Assembly: GCA_028534125.1 (NCBI GenBank)
Contig: CM052832.1
Location: forward strand, 6,264,001-6,328,000
Source: Lama glama
Lineage: Eukaryota
Length of the DNA stretch: 64,000 nucleotides
Direction of reading: 5' to 3'
Positions 1 to 11,626 of this stretch are shown in pieces. The notes beneath the pieces were generated by a model, which had not been told where the DNA came from, ran no database searches, and saw only the letters and a list, made by a program, of their open reading frames with translations. Each line of letters opens with the position of its first letter. The first letter of the stretch is position 1. The position numbers and the translations under genes were made by a program.

Positions 1-340
1 GGCATCCCCTTAAAGCAGGAAGTTATTTCCTGGGAGTGGTCACCCCTGACTTATTTTTACCGAATACTTACTATTTGAAAGTCCATTAAAAGTGAGATTC
101 TTGGCACAGATCAGACACCCGGAGGAGAGGGGGCCGCCCTTGGGGCGGGGAGGGCATCAGGACGGAGGAAAAGATGCTTCTAGGGAAGAAGCTGACCCTC
201 AAAGGGTCCTGCTCTCCTGCTCCTGAATTTTGGCTGGGTTTTGCCTCTGAAATTATGACTTCTAAAGTGTTGCTGCATCGTTAACACAGAGTGCCAAGGC
301 ATTCAGAGACGTTTTCCCCTTTGTTTCCACTCTTTTCCAG

Positions 341-501
341 TCCAGTGTAACAGCCTTGTCTTTGGATTTGGGTCCGAGAATGATGAGTATACTCTTCCTT
401 GTAGCAGTGGCTACACCGGAAGCATCATTGCCAGGTGCCAGCCCTCTGGGTGGCACATCCTCAGGGAGACGTGTGTGCTCGCTGAGCTGGAAGAACTGAA
501 G
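341..501 (+). CDS. ADGRF1: ADGRF1 (GPR110) internal coding exon, extracellular Cys-containing region preceding the GAIN domain (probably exon 9 of 15)
   Basis: Acceptor tcttttccag ends at 340. After 2 nt it translates as QCNSLVFGFGSENDEYTLPCSSGYTGSIIARCQPSGWHILRETCVLAELEELK, matching recalled GPR110 (QCNDIVFGFGSKDDEYTLPCSSGY...RETCVL). Donor GT at 502. Not in the ORF track. Confidence 0.92.
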
Positions 502-1289
502 GTAAAAAAAAAAAGCACTTCCACCTTGCAGACTTGCCCTGGTTTTGAGTTTCACACTGGGCATCTGCCAGTGAGCATGGCTGGGTGAGGGGTAAAATGT
601 ATCAATTTGTCTCATTGGTCAGAAGTTGAGGATGACATCAGACCCTGGGAAATCCAGGGAGTGTGGGCATGAGTAGTGAGTCTAGGTGGCATCTGGGAAC
701 GTCAGAACATGTCAGATTGGACGGTTTCAGGAGGAGCAGGCTGCAGAGACATGAATCCATGTGGAAGAATCTACCATAAATGGTAGAAGGGCAACTAGAT
801 CTTCAGAGTGAGCAGAACTTCAGTCCCAGCCAGAGACCTTGCTGCTGAAGCAGAGAACGCCAGAGGGACGACAGAAGGATCATTGCTCCCTTTGTGGACC
901 TCAGTTTTCTCATCTGTACACTGGGGAAGGAAACTGGACCTGATGCTTCTGGGGTTTTATCCTTGCTCTTGCCTTCTTTGCCTCAGTTCTAGATGTGGAC
1001 CAGAGCTGGGACTAGGTCACCCCAGGGTGTGAAGGCAGGCAGAGCTTGGGTGCTCTAGGCAGAGAATGACTCTGTGAGCTGAACAGAGTAAGGAGGAAAA
1101 TAGGCGAGATCTGAGATCCTGGATTGACTTGTTTTGAATGAAGGGAATATTCCCTCCTGGCTGCCCTCCAAGTTAGCGCAGTGTAGTGGAAGTATTGGGA
1201 GCCTCCAAGAGGAAGGAACACTCCAAATCCCATGAGGGTGTGGTCCGGTCTCCACGTATGGCCCTCCGTCTCCCCGTCCTGTAAGGATT

Positions 1290-1600
1290 TCTCAGCAGAG
1301 TATAATGAGTATAACATAGGGTTTAGTGCCAAGTAGACTCTACCTTTGCACTTCCTAGCTGAGTGCTATTTGGAAAGTCACTGAATCTCACTGAACATCA
1401 GGTTCTGCATAATTAGGATAATAATTTGCATGAAAATGCTTTTTAATGAATCGCTTCAAGTTTCAGTTTCCTTAATTATGAAGTGAAAGTAACCACGATA
1501 CCTCCTTCAAAGGGTGGTATAAGGACTAAATCAGTGAATCCCAGTAAGCATTTAGCATGGTGCCTGGGAAATAGAAAGTACTGAACGACAGCCATTATAT
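1290..1600 (+). mobile_element. MIR SINE fragments
   Basis: MIR core-like text: aagtcactgaatctcactgaacatcagg, tcagtttccttaattatgaagtg, taagcatttagcatggtgcctgg. Confidence 0.7.
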
Positions 1601-1740
1601 TGTCATTATCCTTGAACGATTATCCTACGTTGTAATGCACCATACAAGTGTTAGTTACACGTGGCCATGAAATCTGATTCAAGTCTGATGGAGCACAAGC
1701 ATTTCACTCTTTTCTAGAACTTGACCATTTCTCTTCCCAG

Positions 1741-1929
1741 AATTTCAGTGTGATCGCCACCAACGCCACCGAGGCAGCCATGTCATCCTTGGTGCAGAAT
1801 CTTTCAGTTGTTCTTCAGCAAAGTCCATCAACCACAGCTGGGAATCTGGCTTCTGTGGTATCCATTCTGAGCGATGTCTTGTCCCTGTCCCTGGAAAACC
1901 ACCTCAGGGTGACCAGTTTAACAATGGAG
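1741..1929 (+). CDS. ADGRF1: ADGRF1 coding exon, GAIN subdomain A
   Basis: Acceptor ctcttcccag ends at 1740. 189 nt, phase 0, NFSVIATNATEAAMSSLVQNLSVVLQQSPSTTAGNLASVVSILSDVLSLSLENHLRVTSLTME. Donor gtgaga at 1930. Confidence 0.96.
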
Positions 1930-1959
1930 GTGAGATCTGCCTGGGCCTGAAGGGCTCAC

Positions 1960-2856
1960 TTTTTTTTTCTTTTTCTTTTTAATTGAAGTATAGTCTATTT
2001 ACAGTGTTGTGCTAGTTTCTGGTGCACAGCAAACTGATTCAGTTATATATATATATATATATATATATATTCCTTTTCATATTCTTTTTCACTGTAGGCT
2101 ATTACAAGATATTCAGTATAGTTCCTTGTGCTGTACAGTAGGACCTTGCTGTTATCTATTTTATATATAGTAGTTAGTATATGCAAATCCTGAACTCCCA
2201 ATTTATCCTTCCCATCCCCTTTCCCCACCAGTCACTGTAAGTTTTTTCCTATGTGTGCGCATCTGTCTTTATTTTATAAATAAGTTCCTTTGTCTGAGTT
2301 TTTTAGATTCCACATATAAGTGATATCATATGATATTTGTCTCTGTCTGATTTACTTCACTTAGTATGATAATCTCGAGGTCCATCCATGTTGCTACAAA
2401 TGGCATTTTCATTCTTTTTTATAGCTGAGTAGTATTCCATTGCTTGTGTGTATGTGTGTATATATATGACACATGACATATATATACACACACACACACA
2501 CACATATGTATATAAACACACACTCTACATCTTCTTTATCCAGTCATCTGTTGATGGGCATTTAGGTTACTTCCATGTCTTAGCTATTGTAAATAGTGCT
2601 GCTGTGAACATGGGGGTGCATGTATCTTTTTGAATGAGAGTTTTCTCCATATATATGCTCATGAGTGGGATTGCTGGATCACATGGTAAGTCTATTTTTA
2701 GTTTTTTAAGGAATCTCCATACTATTTTCCATAACAACTGTACCAAACTACATTCCCACCAACAGCATAGGAGGGTTCCCTTTTCTGTGCACCCTCTCTG
2801 GCATTTACCCTTTGTGGACTTTTTAGTGATGGCCATTCTGATGGGTGTGAAGTGAT
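1960..2856 (-). mobile_element. 5'-truncated LINE-1 (cetartiodactyl-type 3' UTR plus ORF2 C-terminus), with internal (TA)n/(CA)n
   Basis: Poly-T tail then aattgaagtatagtctatttacagtgttg. Minus-strand ORF 2567-2866 reads YHFTPIRMA...[39 protein letters not shown]...DTCTPMFTAALFTIAKTWK, which is the L1 ORF2 C-terminus. Confidence 0.95.
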
Positions 2857-3564
2857 AAATGCTCAATCTTGTAGGAAGAGTGGCAGAAGCCCCAGTTCAT
2901 GGGGCGCTGTTGAAAAAGACCAAAGAGCCACATAACAGTCTTTGTGTGAGCTTCACCGCTTCCTCCACAATGTACAAGGAACCCCTGGGATCAATTACGT
3001 GAGTTCAAAGTAAGAGGGAGCTGCCTTCGGCAGGTTGCCTGGGCAGCACCTGGCCGAGGGGAAGGTGTGAGCCTCTGCCCTGCATGACACTGTATGACAC
3101 AGGTGCCAAGTTTTTAATATTTGATATTGAGTCTATCATTGTTCTTTCCTGGGGCCATAAACTCTGTCAAGTATATTTTAAGAACTCCCTGTTTTTTTTT
3201 GACTATGGAATTCATAACTTATTTTGGATATTTAAAAATTAACTTTAAAATTTTTTTTCAAATGAGACATATTCACTATACAAAATGCAAATAAGCAAAA
3301 AGAAACATAAGTGATATGTAATCTGGTCACCCTGGAATAGCCACTGCTAACATTTTAGGAATCACCCCAGTGCCTACAAAATTTACACATGACACATAGC
3401 AGGTATAAATATTTGTTAAATAAATTTCCTTCCAGACATTTTGGATGTGTACATTTTATATGTTAGCATGAAATATTTTACAAAATTGGATTATACAATG
3501 TATGCTGTTACATAATCACACAATTGTGCTTAACTATATAAGGTGAACGTAACGTCAGAGATGA

Positions 3565-3745
3565 CATTAAATGTAAATATGTTAAATTCCCTAAATCAAA
3601 GATGCTCAGATCTCTTAAAAAAAAAATCTGACCATATGTTGTTTATAAGTGGCCAACTAAAACACAATTATACAAAAAGGCTAAAAATAAAGTGAAAGGC
3701 AGACACAGAGCCGCAAAAACCATCCAAAAGAAGGCAGAGGTTTCT
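3565..3745 (+). mobile_element. Old L1 ORF2 endonuclease-domain fragment
   Basis: Broken translation LNVNMLNSL...TICCL*...RLKIK resembles L1 EN (LNVNGLNSP...PTICCLQE...RLKIKGW). Confidence 0.65.
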
Positions 3746-4469
3746 GGGGGCACTAGAAGCAGCACACTGTGGGATTCAGGCCAGAACTGCAGAGAACTCA
3801 GGTAGGGTAAGACTCAGCCAGACTGACAGATGTCCTCAACAGATGCCTAGGAACCAGACCTATCGGCATGAGCAAGGGTCCTGTGGGAGAAAACAGTGCC
3901 TTTCGAGGGCATGTTTGGAAAAAGAATCTTTTAAGACTGACCCTTCAAACCCACATCAATTCAATGCTTCCTCGTTGCCTGTCCAGTTTTTAAGGATTTT
4001 TGCCTTATAGTCTCCTCTATTAAACAAAAGTCATCAGTACATGAGTAGAAACTTGAACGTCCATGATGTGAAATTAGAACTTCAGATGTTAACAAAACAA
4101 ATAGAATATGGGAGAGCAGTTACAAGTAACATCTCCTCTTACAGCCTCAGCCTGAGGAGTAATGCGGTCACTCTTGCATCTCAGGAGGAAGAGAAGGGTC
4201 CTTCTCCTCCAAGCTGAAACCCTGGTGGGCGTACAAATGCCCGGGGATGATCACCCTGGAACACACATGATTCTGTGGACCCACTGTCTCAACCTGAAGC
4301 TTCCACTCTGCAGCGCACCTGAGCTGAACTTCATTGCAATTTTAACATGTCCCTCAGCTGAGCCAGTTCCCTGGGCAATACTCCTGTGCTAAATACTCAT
4401 GACTCTCCACTCTTAGTCCTCTGACCTGTTTACTCAAAATCCAAACTGACTTTCATTCTTGTATTTCAG

Positions 4470-5843
4470 AATGTCATCAACATAGCTGACCACATCCTTA
4501 ATTCCACCTCAGTAACCAACTGGACAGTATTACTGCAGGAAGAAAAGAATGCCAGCTCCCAGTTACTACAGACACTGGAAAACATCAGCGTTCTGGTACC
4601 TTCGACAGCCCTGCCTCTGAATTTTACTCGAGAATTCATTAATTGGCAAGGGATTCCAGCATCCCCAAGTCAACAAAAGACGGGTTACATCTATGAGACT
4701 GAAATGTTCTCCAGAAATAACTCCATTCCCATTAGAGGCCACATGTTAATTAAGTCAGACCAGTTCCAGGGGCCCCTTCCAGAAACCATCGTCAGCATGG
4801 CCTCCTTGACCCTGGGGAACATTCTGCCCGTTACCAAAAATGGAAATGTTCAGGTCAACGGGCCCGTGATAGCCACAGTTATCCAAAACTATTCCATCAA
4901 TGAAATTTTCCTGAATTTTTCCAAGATGGAGTCGAACTTGAGCCAGCCTCAGTGTACGTTTTGGGATTTCAGCCACCTACAGTGGAACAATGCCGGGTGC
5001 CACCTAGTGAATGAAACTCCAGACTCGGTGACATGCCGCTGCACTCACCTGACCTCCTTCTCCGTGCTGATGTCACCCTTTGTGCCCCCTGCCATCGTCC
5101 CCGCTGTGAAATGGGTCACCTTTGTGGGGCTGGGCGTCTCCATTGGGAGTCTCCTCTTATCCCTGATCGTCGAAGCTCTGTTCTGGAAGCAGGTCAGCAA
5201 GAGCCAAACCTCACACACCCGCCACATCTGCATGGTGAACATCGCCCTGTGCCTCCTGATTGCTGACATCTGGTTTATCGTCGCTGCCATCGTGGACTCC
5301 ACGGCAAACCCTCCTGGAGTCTGCGTGGCCGCAGTGTTCTTCACACACTTTTTCTACCTCTCCTTGTTCTTCTGGATGCTTATGCTCGCCTTCCTGCTGG
5401 CTTATCGGGTTATCCTTGTGTTCCATCACGTGGCCACGCCTTGGATGGTGGCCATCGGCTTCTGCCTGGGCTATGGGTGCCCTCTCATTATCTCCATCGT
5501 CACCATTGCCGTTACTCAGCCCAGCAATGGCTACAAAAGGAAAGATGCCTGTTGGCTTGACTGGTCCGATGGGAGCAAACCCCTCTTGGCCTTCGCCGTT
5601 CCTGCGCTGACAGTCGTGGCCGTGAATTTGGTTGTGGTGCTGTTTGTTCTCACAAAGCTCTGGAGGCCCACCGTCGGAGAAAGACTGAGTCAGGACCACA
5701 AGGCCACTGTCGTCCGCGTGGGGAGGAGCCTCCTCGTTCTGACTCCGCTGCTGGGGCTCACCTGGGGCTTTGGCATTGGGACGATGGTGGACAGCCGGAA
5801 TCCGGCGTGGCACGTTATTTTTGCATTACTCAATGCATTCCAG
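4470..5843 (+). CDS. ADGRF1: ADGRF1 large exon: rest of GAIN domain, GPS (HL|TSFSVLMSP) and TM1 to most of TM7
   Basis: Acceptor gtatttcag ends at 4469. 1374 nt open frame from NVINIADHILNSTSVTNWTVLL to WHVIFALLNAFQ, containing ORF 4704-5882, GPS motif CTFWDF...W...GC...CRCTHLTSF and hydrophobic helices. Donor gtgaga at 5844. Confidence 0.98.
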
Positions 5844-6232
5844 GTGAGAGCAAGAAGCATAATCTACTCTATCCCCAGGTAACTGGAATAATTTGAGAGA
5901 ATTGAGGATGGAAAGACCACTCTGGAAGCTATCTCATTTCCCTGCCTCCAGTAGGACTATAACCAAAACTGCCTGGCAACAGTGAATAGGAAAGAAAAGA
6001 TTCATTTTTCCCAACAGTTACTGTCATATTGAATCAGAATATTAGGCATCTTTGGTAATCCATTCCAGGGTTTCAAATCTGTTAGCGTTGACGTAGCTAA
6101 CGCTAATCTCTCTTGCTGCTGACCCAGTCCTGTCCCTCTTATGTGAATCTCTGCAAAAGCACACAGGGAAAGGGAAATAAGAATACTTGTTGAGTCTGAG
6201 TGTGCAGAGGAGGTCCCTAGAGCACCACAGAG

Positions 6233-6431
6233 CAGGGGCTGGCACACTGCAGGCAGTGCTGTTTTTGTAAATAAAGTTTTATTGGAACACAGCCACGTCC
6301 ATTTGTTTACGTAGGATCTGTGGTGGTTTTCATTACGAAGGCAGAGGTAGCACTTGCAAGAGACTAGATGACCTGCAAAACCTGAACTATTTACTATCCG
6401 CCTCTTTACAGATAAAGCGTGTCAACCTCTG
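6233..6431 (+). mobile_element. MER58A-like hAT-Charlie MITE
   Basis: Starts caggggctggca, contains tgtttttgtaaataaagttttattggaacacagccacgtccatttgttt, ends gtgtcaacctctg (degenerate terminal inverted repeats). Confidence 0.85.
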
Positions 6432-6584
6432 CTGCAAAGGATGGGTTTTACATGCCACGATCAGAGTGTTCAGACAGTAGGTGGACAGAGTGATCCTTAG
6501 GTTTGGGTGAATCTGAAAAGAAAGCCTTCAGTCCTGGTTCAGGGAAGGTTTTCGGGGTCTCCTCTGGACAATGACTCAGGGAAG

Positions 6585-6800
6585 TGATGGTTAAACGTTT
6601 GAGCGCTGGAGTTAAATAGCTCTGGGCTCAAATATGTCATGTTATCCAACTGTGTGAGCACTAACCAATCATTTAACTTCTTGATTCTTCAATTCTCTCA
6701 TCTGATAAACAGGGATAATGTTATTACCTGCATCTCGGAGTAAATGTGAGGATTAAATGAGGTCATTCGGCACTTACGGCAGTGCCTGGCACAGAGTGAG
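6585..6800 (+). mobile_element. MIR SINE
   Basis: tttaacttcttgattcttcaattctctcatctgataaacagggataatg...tgtgaggattaaatgag...agtgcctggcacagagt. Confidence 0.8.
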
Positions 6801-7471
6801 AGCTCTGTAGGTTTTCCTGAGAGCAGCTGGCTCTCCCCCTGCTTCAGCAAGCCAGCGTCCCTCTAGGTGGCAGCACAGAGCAAACCGTGACAGGCGAGGG
6901 ATCCCCAGTCCGGGGCGGGCCCTTGGTGACAGGCTGTCTCAACAGGCAACAACTGGGGGTGCTCTGGCAGGGAGGAGGATTTCAGGGTCCAAGAATGACT
7001 TCACCAAGGGTCCCCCAAGAGCTGGAGGCGATGGAAAAGATGCTGATCTGGGTCTACTTCCTCCACTTGGCCTTGGGATTGGACCTCAGTGCCAGCTGAC
7101 ACCATACATGCTTAGTAAATGGTGGTTTAATGCCCAAAGGAAGACTAAGATTTAGAGCCAAGTGGAAGCTCTTTGTTTGGGGTTTAGGACGACACAAAGG
7201 GGAAAATGAGGCTCCACATGTGTTTAAATCTGTATTCACTCAATAATTTATACATCCAACCACAAAAAAATGAGTTGAGTGCTTTGTGCTAATCCAGGCA
7301 TCGTGGAGGCCACACGGTGCCTTTGCCTTCAAGGAACCCACGCCTAGTAGGGGACAGGCAAGGAACAACGTCAGTGTTGGGGAACATAATAGAATAGTAT
7401 TAAATGTAAATGATTTGTTTTCTGGAAAACAAAATGACAATACATGTGCTTTATTCCTTTTTTTTTTAAAG

Positions 7472-7513
7472 GGGTTTTTCATCTTATGTTTTGGAATACT
7501 CTTGGATAGTAAG
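7472..7513 (+). CDS. ADGRF1: ADGRF1 42-nt exon, end of TM7
   Basis: Poly-T tract then aag acceptor ending at 7471. Encodes GFFILCFGILLDSK. Donor gtatgt at 7514. Joins ...NAFQ|GFFIL, typical of ADGRF receptors. Confidence 0.96.
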
Positions 7514-8552
7514 GTATGTATATTCATTTCTTTCTTCCTCCCAGGCCTTTCTCCCCACCCCTTCCGTCCTGGGGCCCTTATTCATATATAAGAGATTAGC
7601 CCAGGTGTACTTTTAAATAAAATTCTATGATTTTATCAAAGGCAGGCTTAGTCCAGAGAAAAAAGAATTAAACACTCACTGCTGATAATAAAACTATAAA
7701 GAACTAATCACAACACATAATGTGTAATTATTGTGAAAAAGGAAATTGTTTTTACTTTTATTTTTTCTTAATTAAATTATGATTTGGCAATAATTAAAGA
7801 GCAAAAATGCTTTCCTTAGGGGTAAATTCATTTTTGTTCCTTTAAATAATTTACCCGTTTACTTAGACTTTGCTGAAAGGTCTACCTACTTCTGTATTTT
7901 TAGAATTTTATATATTTTTATATTACATTTATATATTTTATATTACATAGTCTCTGCCGTTAAAGAAAATTCCTAATGAAGGACAAACAATGAAAGTAGA
8001 AAATAACAGAAAAAATAATTTAAATAAATTGGTATCATTATTTTTCCAAACTTTGAGCAATTTTGTTGAGAGAGGTAAAGACAGTAAGCTAATAAATGTA
8101 GACTTTGTTTTAATAAGAAGACAAGAATATTCTGCAGTTATCATAATTGTTGCACATGCACAAAACTCCTGTTTACAAAGAAGCATTTTGCTTCTTTTTT
8201 GATTAGACTAAATAATTCCGTTGTTGACACCATTCGCTTGGTTGAAAAATTCTTCACTTCAAAGATAAACTTCAATTTAGCAATTAGTGCCAATTACTAA
8301 TGCCTGCCTAGATTCTGAATTATTGTGGCTTTTGGTATTGTTGCTCTTTGTTTAGCTCTAGATTTGTTTACAGGTGAAGAACAGAAATAAGAAAGGAAAT
8401 CCTTTCATCAGATACCCAAGCTTATGCTCTATTAAGTACTTCCAGGAGATACTAGTACTTAAGTAGCGCCTTCCTTCTGCAGTTGTGTTCCTGATTTGTC
8501 ACAGTGTAGTTGCATATGCGTGGTTCCCAAATATTTCTTTGTTGCCTTCCAG

Positions 8553-8612
8553 CTGCGACAGCTGCTACTTAACAAGTTGTCTCCTTTAAGCTCTTGGAAG
8601 CAAGCAGCAAAG
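8553..8612 (+). CDS. ADGRF1: ADGRF1 60-nt exon, helix 8 and proximal C-tail
   Basis: Acceptor ttgccttccag ends at 8552. Encodes LRQLLLNKLSPLSSWKQAAK. Donor gtaatt at 8613. Confidence 0.95.
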
Positions 8613-8699
8613 GTAATTATCTCCTGCCGCCACCCGGGCAAGGCACGAAGTTCCAGTCTTGCATTTTTCTCTTGATGCAGTCCCACAGCAAGCCCCCTC

Positions 8700-8825
8700 T
8701 TGTGTAAAACCCCTTGAGTTTCTGTCACCGTTAGATTCCTGGTGTGTGTCACGATGCCCAGCACACGGTCAGTACTCACTAAATAAAGAATTGTTGAATA
8801 AGTGAGTGAGTGAATGAATGAATTC
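8700..8825 (+). mobile_element. L2 3' end
   Basis: tgcccagcacacggtcagtactcactaaat...ttgttgaataagtgagtgagtgaatgaatgaa, the characteristic L2 tail. Confidence 0.7.
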
Positions 8826-10068
8826 AAAGGTGCAGAAAGCTTCGAGGATGCTCAGGCGTGGGTTGTGTGGTTCTCTTGAGCATTTGCTATAATCTGACTT
8901 GACTTCCAAGATCTGGAATCAGTAGGGTTCTCTTCTCTGCCTGACTTTCTGGGTCTCTCTTTTCCTGCTCCAGAAAAGGAGAGGGGGAGATCCTGACTAA
9001 CTTCTAGTTTATAAAACGCTCTCTCTCACGCAGGTGTTACTGACTTTGTCCCTTGAAATTTTGGCTCTTTCTTCTACAAACTGCTAAGTTTGTATGGAAA
9101 CGGAGGATTCCTGTTTTCATTCTTTGCACGAAAGTGTAATCCATGTAAGGAGAGCAAAGTTTGAAACAAAAGTACTTGCATCCCTATTTTGTATTTTTGA
9201 CATTAATTTGAACTTTTGCCTTTCAGCACAACATGGAGGGCCATCCAGAAAGGGTTCTAAAAAGCAGAAAGTTCCGCGTTTGATAAACATCAACTGATTT
9301 AAGGACATGAAAAACTACATGGATATTTAGAGATTTTTTACAAGGGATAATATAACCTTTTGAAATAAAAATAAACAGTGAGGAAATTAGCCTCTAGCAT
9401 TAAAATAATTTCCCTGGGTCTGCATTTCGTAGGAAAGGGCTGTGAATTAGGAAGCAATGACCCATGAGCTGGCAGACCTGCTCCATATTTCTGACCCAGT
9501 AAAACTGGCTGTGTGATCTTAGGAAAGTCAGTTAGTATCTTTTGGTTTCAGTGTTCTCAAACTGTAAAAAAAAAAAAGTGTTGGACTCGTTACTCAAAGC
9601 AGAAGTTCTCACATTCTGGGGTTCTGATTTTATATCTTGAAGAACTAAAATCCCTTGAACCAGAAAATGTGAAACAAATGGAACATTCTCTGCTGTTTCG
9701 AAAAGGGGGGAGTTAGGGCGTAGGTGACTGCATTCAAGAAAAAGCTTTAATTAGTAAAGCAAGCACAGGACACTCCCCACCCTACAAAGCAGGCAGTGAG
9801 AATTTCTCTCATTGGAAAGCCAGAGGGAGAAAAACATTCAAAAGTAAAATAAAACAAAACCCAAAGTGAAGATGCCTGACAGTGTTTTTTCTCCCTGTTT
9901 CAAATGTAAAATGCGGGCACTTTGCAGCAGGCAGCGGCAGTCAGTGAGGGCTCTGTATTTTCTGGATTTGTGTCCCTCTTGCAATTTCATTTTCAAGTCA
10001 GGTGACAAAGGGAGATTTTGTTTTCTGGTGAGGTGGCTCATTTGCTTTAAGATAAATGCACATTCAGC

Positions 10069-10568
10069 NNNNNNNNNNNNNNNNNNNNNNNNNNNNNNNN
10101 NNNNNNNNNNNNNNNNNNNNNNNNNNNNNNNNNNNNNNNNNNNNNNNNNNNNNNNNNNNNNNNNNNNNNNNNNNNNNNNNNNNNNNNNNNNNNNNNNNNN
10201 NNNNNNNNNNNNNNNNNNNNNNNNNNNNNNNNNNNNNNNNNNNNNNNNNNNNNNNNNNNNNNNNNNNNNNNNNNNNNNNNNNNNNNNNNNNNNNNNNNNN
10301 NNNNNNNNNNNNNNNNNNNNNNNNNNNNNNNNNNNNNNNNNNNNNNNNNNNNNNNNNNNNNNNNNNNNNNNNNNNNNNNNNNNNNNNNNNNNNNNNNNNN
10401 NNNNNNNNNNNNNNNNNNNNNNNNNNNNNNNNNNNNNNNNNNNNNNNNNNNNNNNNNNNNNNNNNNNNNNNNNNNNNNNNNNNNNNNNNNNNNNNNNNNN
10501 NNNNNNNNNNNNNNNNNNNNNNNNNNNNNNNNNNNNNNNNNNNNNNNNNNNNNNNNNNNNNNNNNNNN
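10069..10568. other. Assembly gap (500 N) in an ADGRF1 intron
   Basis: Run of N. The flanking exons join in frame with no missing residues relative to recalled GPR110. Confidence 0.99.
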
Positions 10569-11185
10569 AGACACGCATAGTTTAATGAAAATCAGGAAAC
10601 TCACTGGGCTACATACTGCATATAACAAACATTTGTTTGTTTTGTTCTGATTTAGCCTCCTCATGACATGGACTGTAGCACGCGGTAGAACTTTTCTTTA
10701 CTCCTTTCTATTTCCTCTGTGCTCAAAACATTGCCTGACACAGTGACATTCAATAGGAGATGTTAAATTAATGAACAAATCAATTAATGAATGAGACAAG
10801 GTTATAATGTACCTTAACACTTGTATCTTTCCCAAGAGGCAAGTGTTCTTTATTTTAAATATCTTACTTCAGTCTTTACATTTTTCAACTCTGTGCCGCC
10901 TCTGCTCCAGTGACTACAGAATTGAACACAAGCGATTTGAAGTATTGTTTTTCCTCCGTGGGTTCCTGTTCTAGTGATAAATGTGTGAACTGAAGAAATG
11001 TGAAAATGGACACAAAAAAGGATAACATCTTCCTTAGAACTGTTTTCTACTTGTTAAAAGTTGTAAGAATACACAGGAATACACAATTCACTTGAAAATA
11101 AGTTCTTTGGCATTTAATTTAATTTAATTTAATTTTTTGGCATTTTAAATAGATTAAAGCAGAAGAAAGCATACGGCGGTGAGAA

Positions 11186-11418
11186 CAGTTGACCCTTGAA
11201 CAGTGTAGGGGTTAAGTACCCGCCCCCTCCACGGGCTGCCAGGCAGTGGAAAATCTGCATCTCACTCAGCCCTCTATATCCACGGTCCTCCATCCATGGA
11301 TTCAGCCAACCACAGATTGTGTCATATTTGTTGTTTGAATAGTACATATTTATTGAAAAAAAACCTGCATGTAAGTGGACCTGTGCAGTTCAAACCCATA
11401 TTATTCAGGGGTCAACTG
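11186..11418 (+). mobile_element. Tigger2/MER8-like TcMar MITE
   Basis: Terminal inverted repeats cagttgacccttgaaca ... tattcaggggtcaactg enclosing about 230 bp. Confidence 0.88.
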
Positions 11419-11559
11419 TCCTCTAATTTCTTGAAAAGAGAACAGTGCCCTAGGTGGATGGAATTTAGGATTGTTCGTGGCACTGAGACATCGGGCATTG
11501 TAGACTGACACTAAAAGAATACTTTCAATGCCTGAATGACTTGTTTTTCTTTTGTGCAG

Positions 11560-11626
11560 CAAAACCCATCAGATGTTTCCATCAAACCCAAATTTGAAAA
11601 GACCTTCAACCCGTTCCACCACAAAG
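11560..11626 (+). CDS. ADGRF1: ADGRF1 67-nt penultimate exon, C-tail
   Basis: Acceptor ttttgtgcag ends at 11559. Encodes QNPSDVSIKPKFEKTFNPFHHK plus 1 nt. Donor gtgagt at 11627. Resembles recalled human QNSSDLSAKPKFSKPFNPLQNK. Confidence 0.93.

Noticed and set aside
5211..5813. 200-aa antisense ORF and other overlapping ORFs in the large ADGRF1 exon
   Set aside because: Shadow frames expected from GC-rich codon usage in the real exon, with no recognisable protein features.
4704..5882. 392-aa ORF as a stand-alone intronless GPCR
   Set aside because: The frame is open upstream to the acceptor at 4469 and has a donor at 5844. The tail VRARSIIYSIPR is intron read-through.
6082..6106. Short hairpin ttagcgtt-N9-aacgctaa
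   Set aside because: An 8-bp stem is expected by chance in 64 kb and has no supporting context.
9838..10664. Long ORFs spanning 10069-10568
   Set aside because: Artefacts of the 500-N gap.
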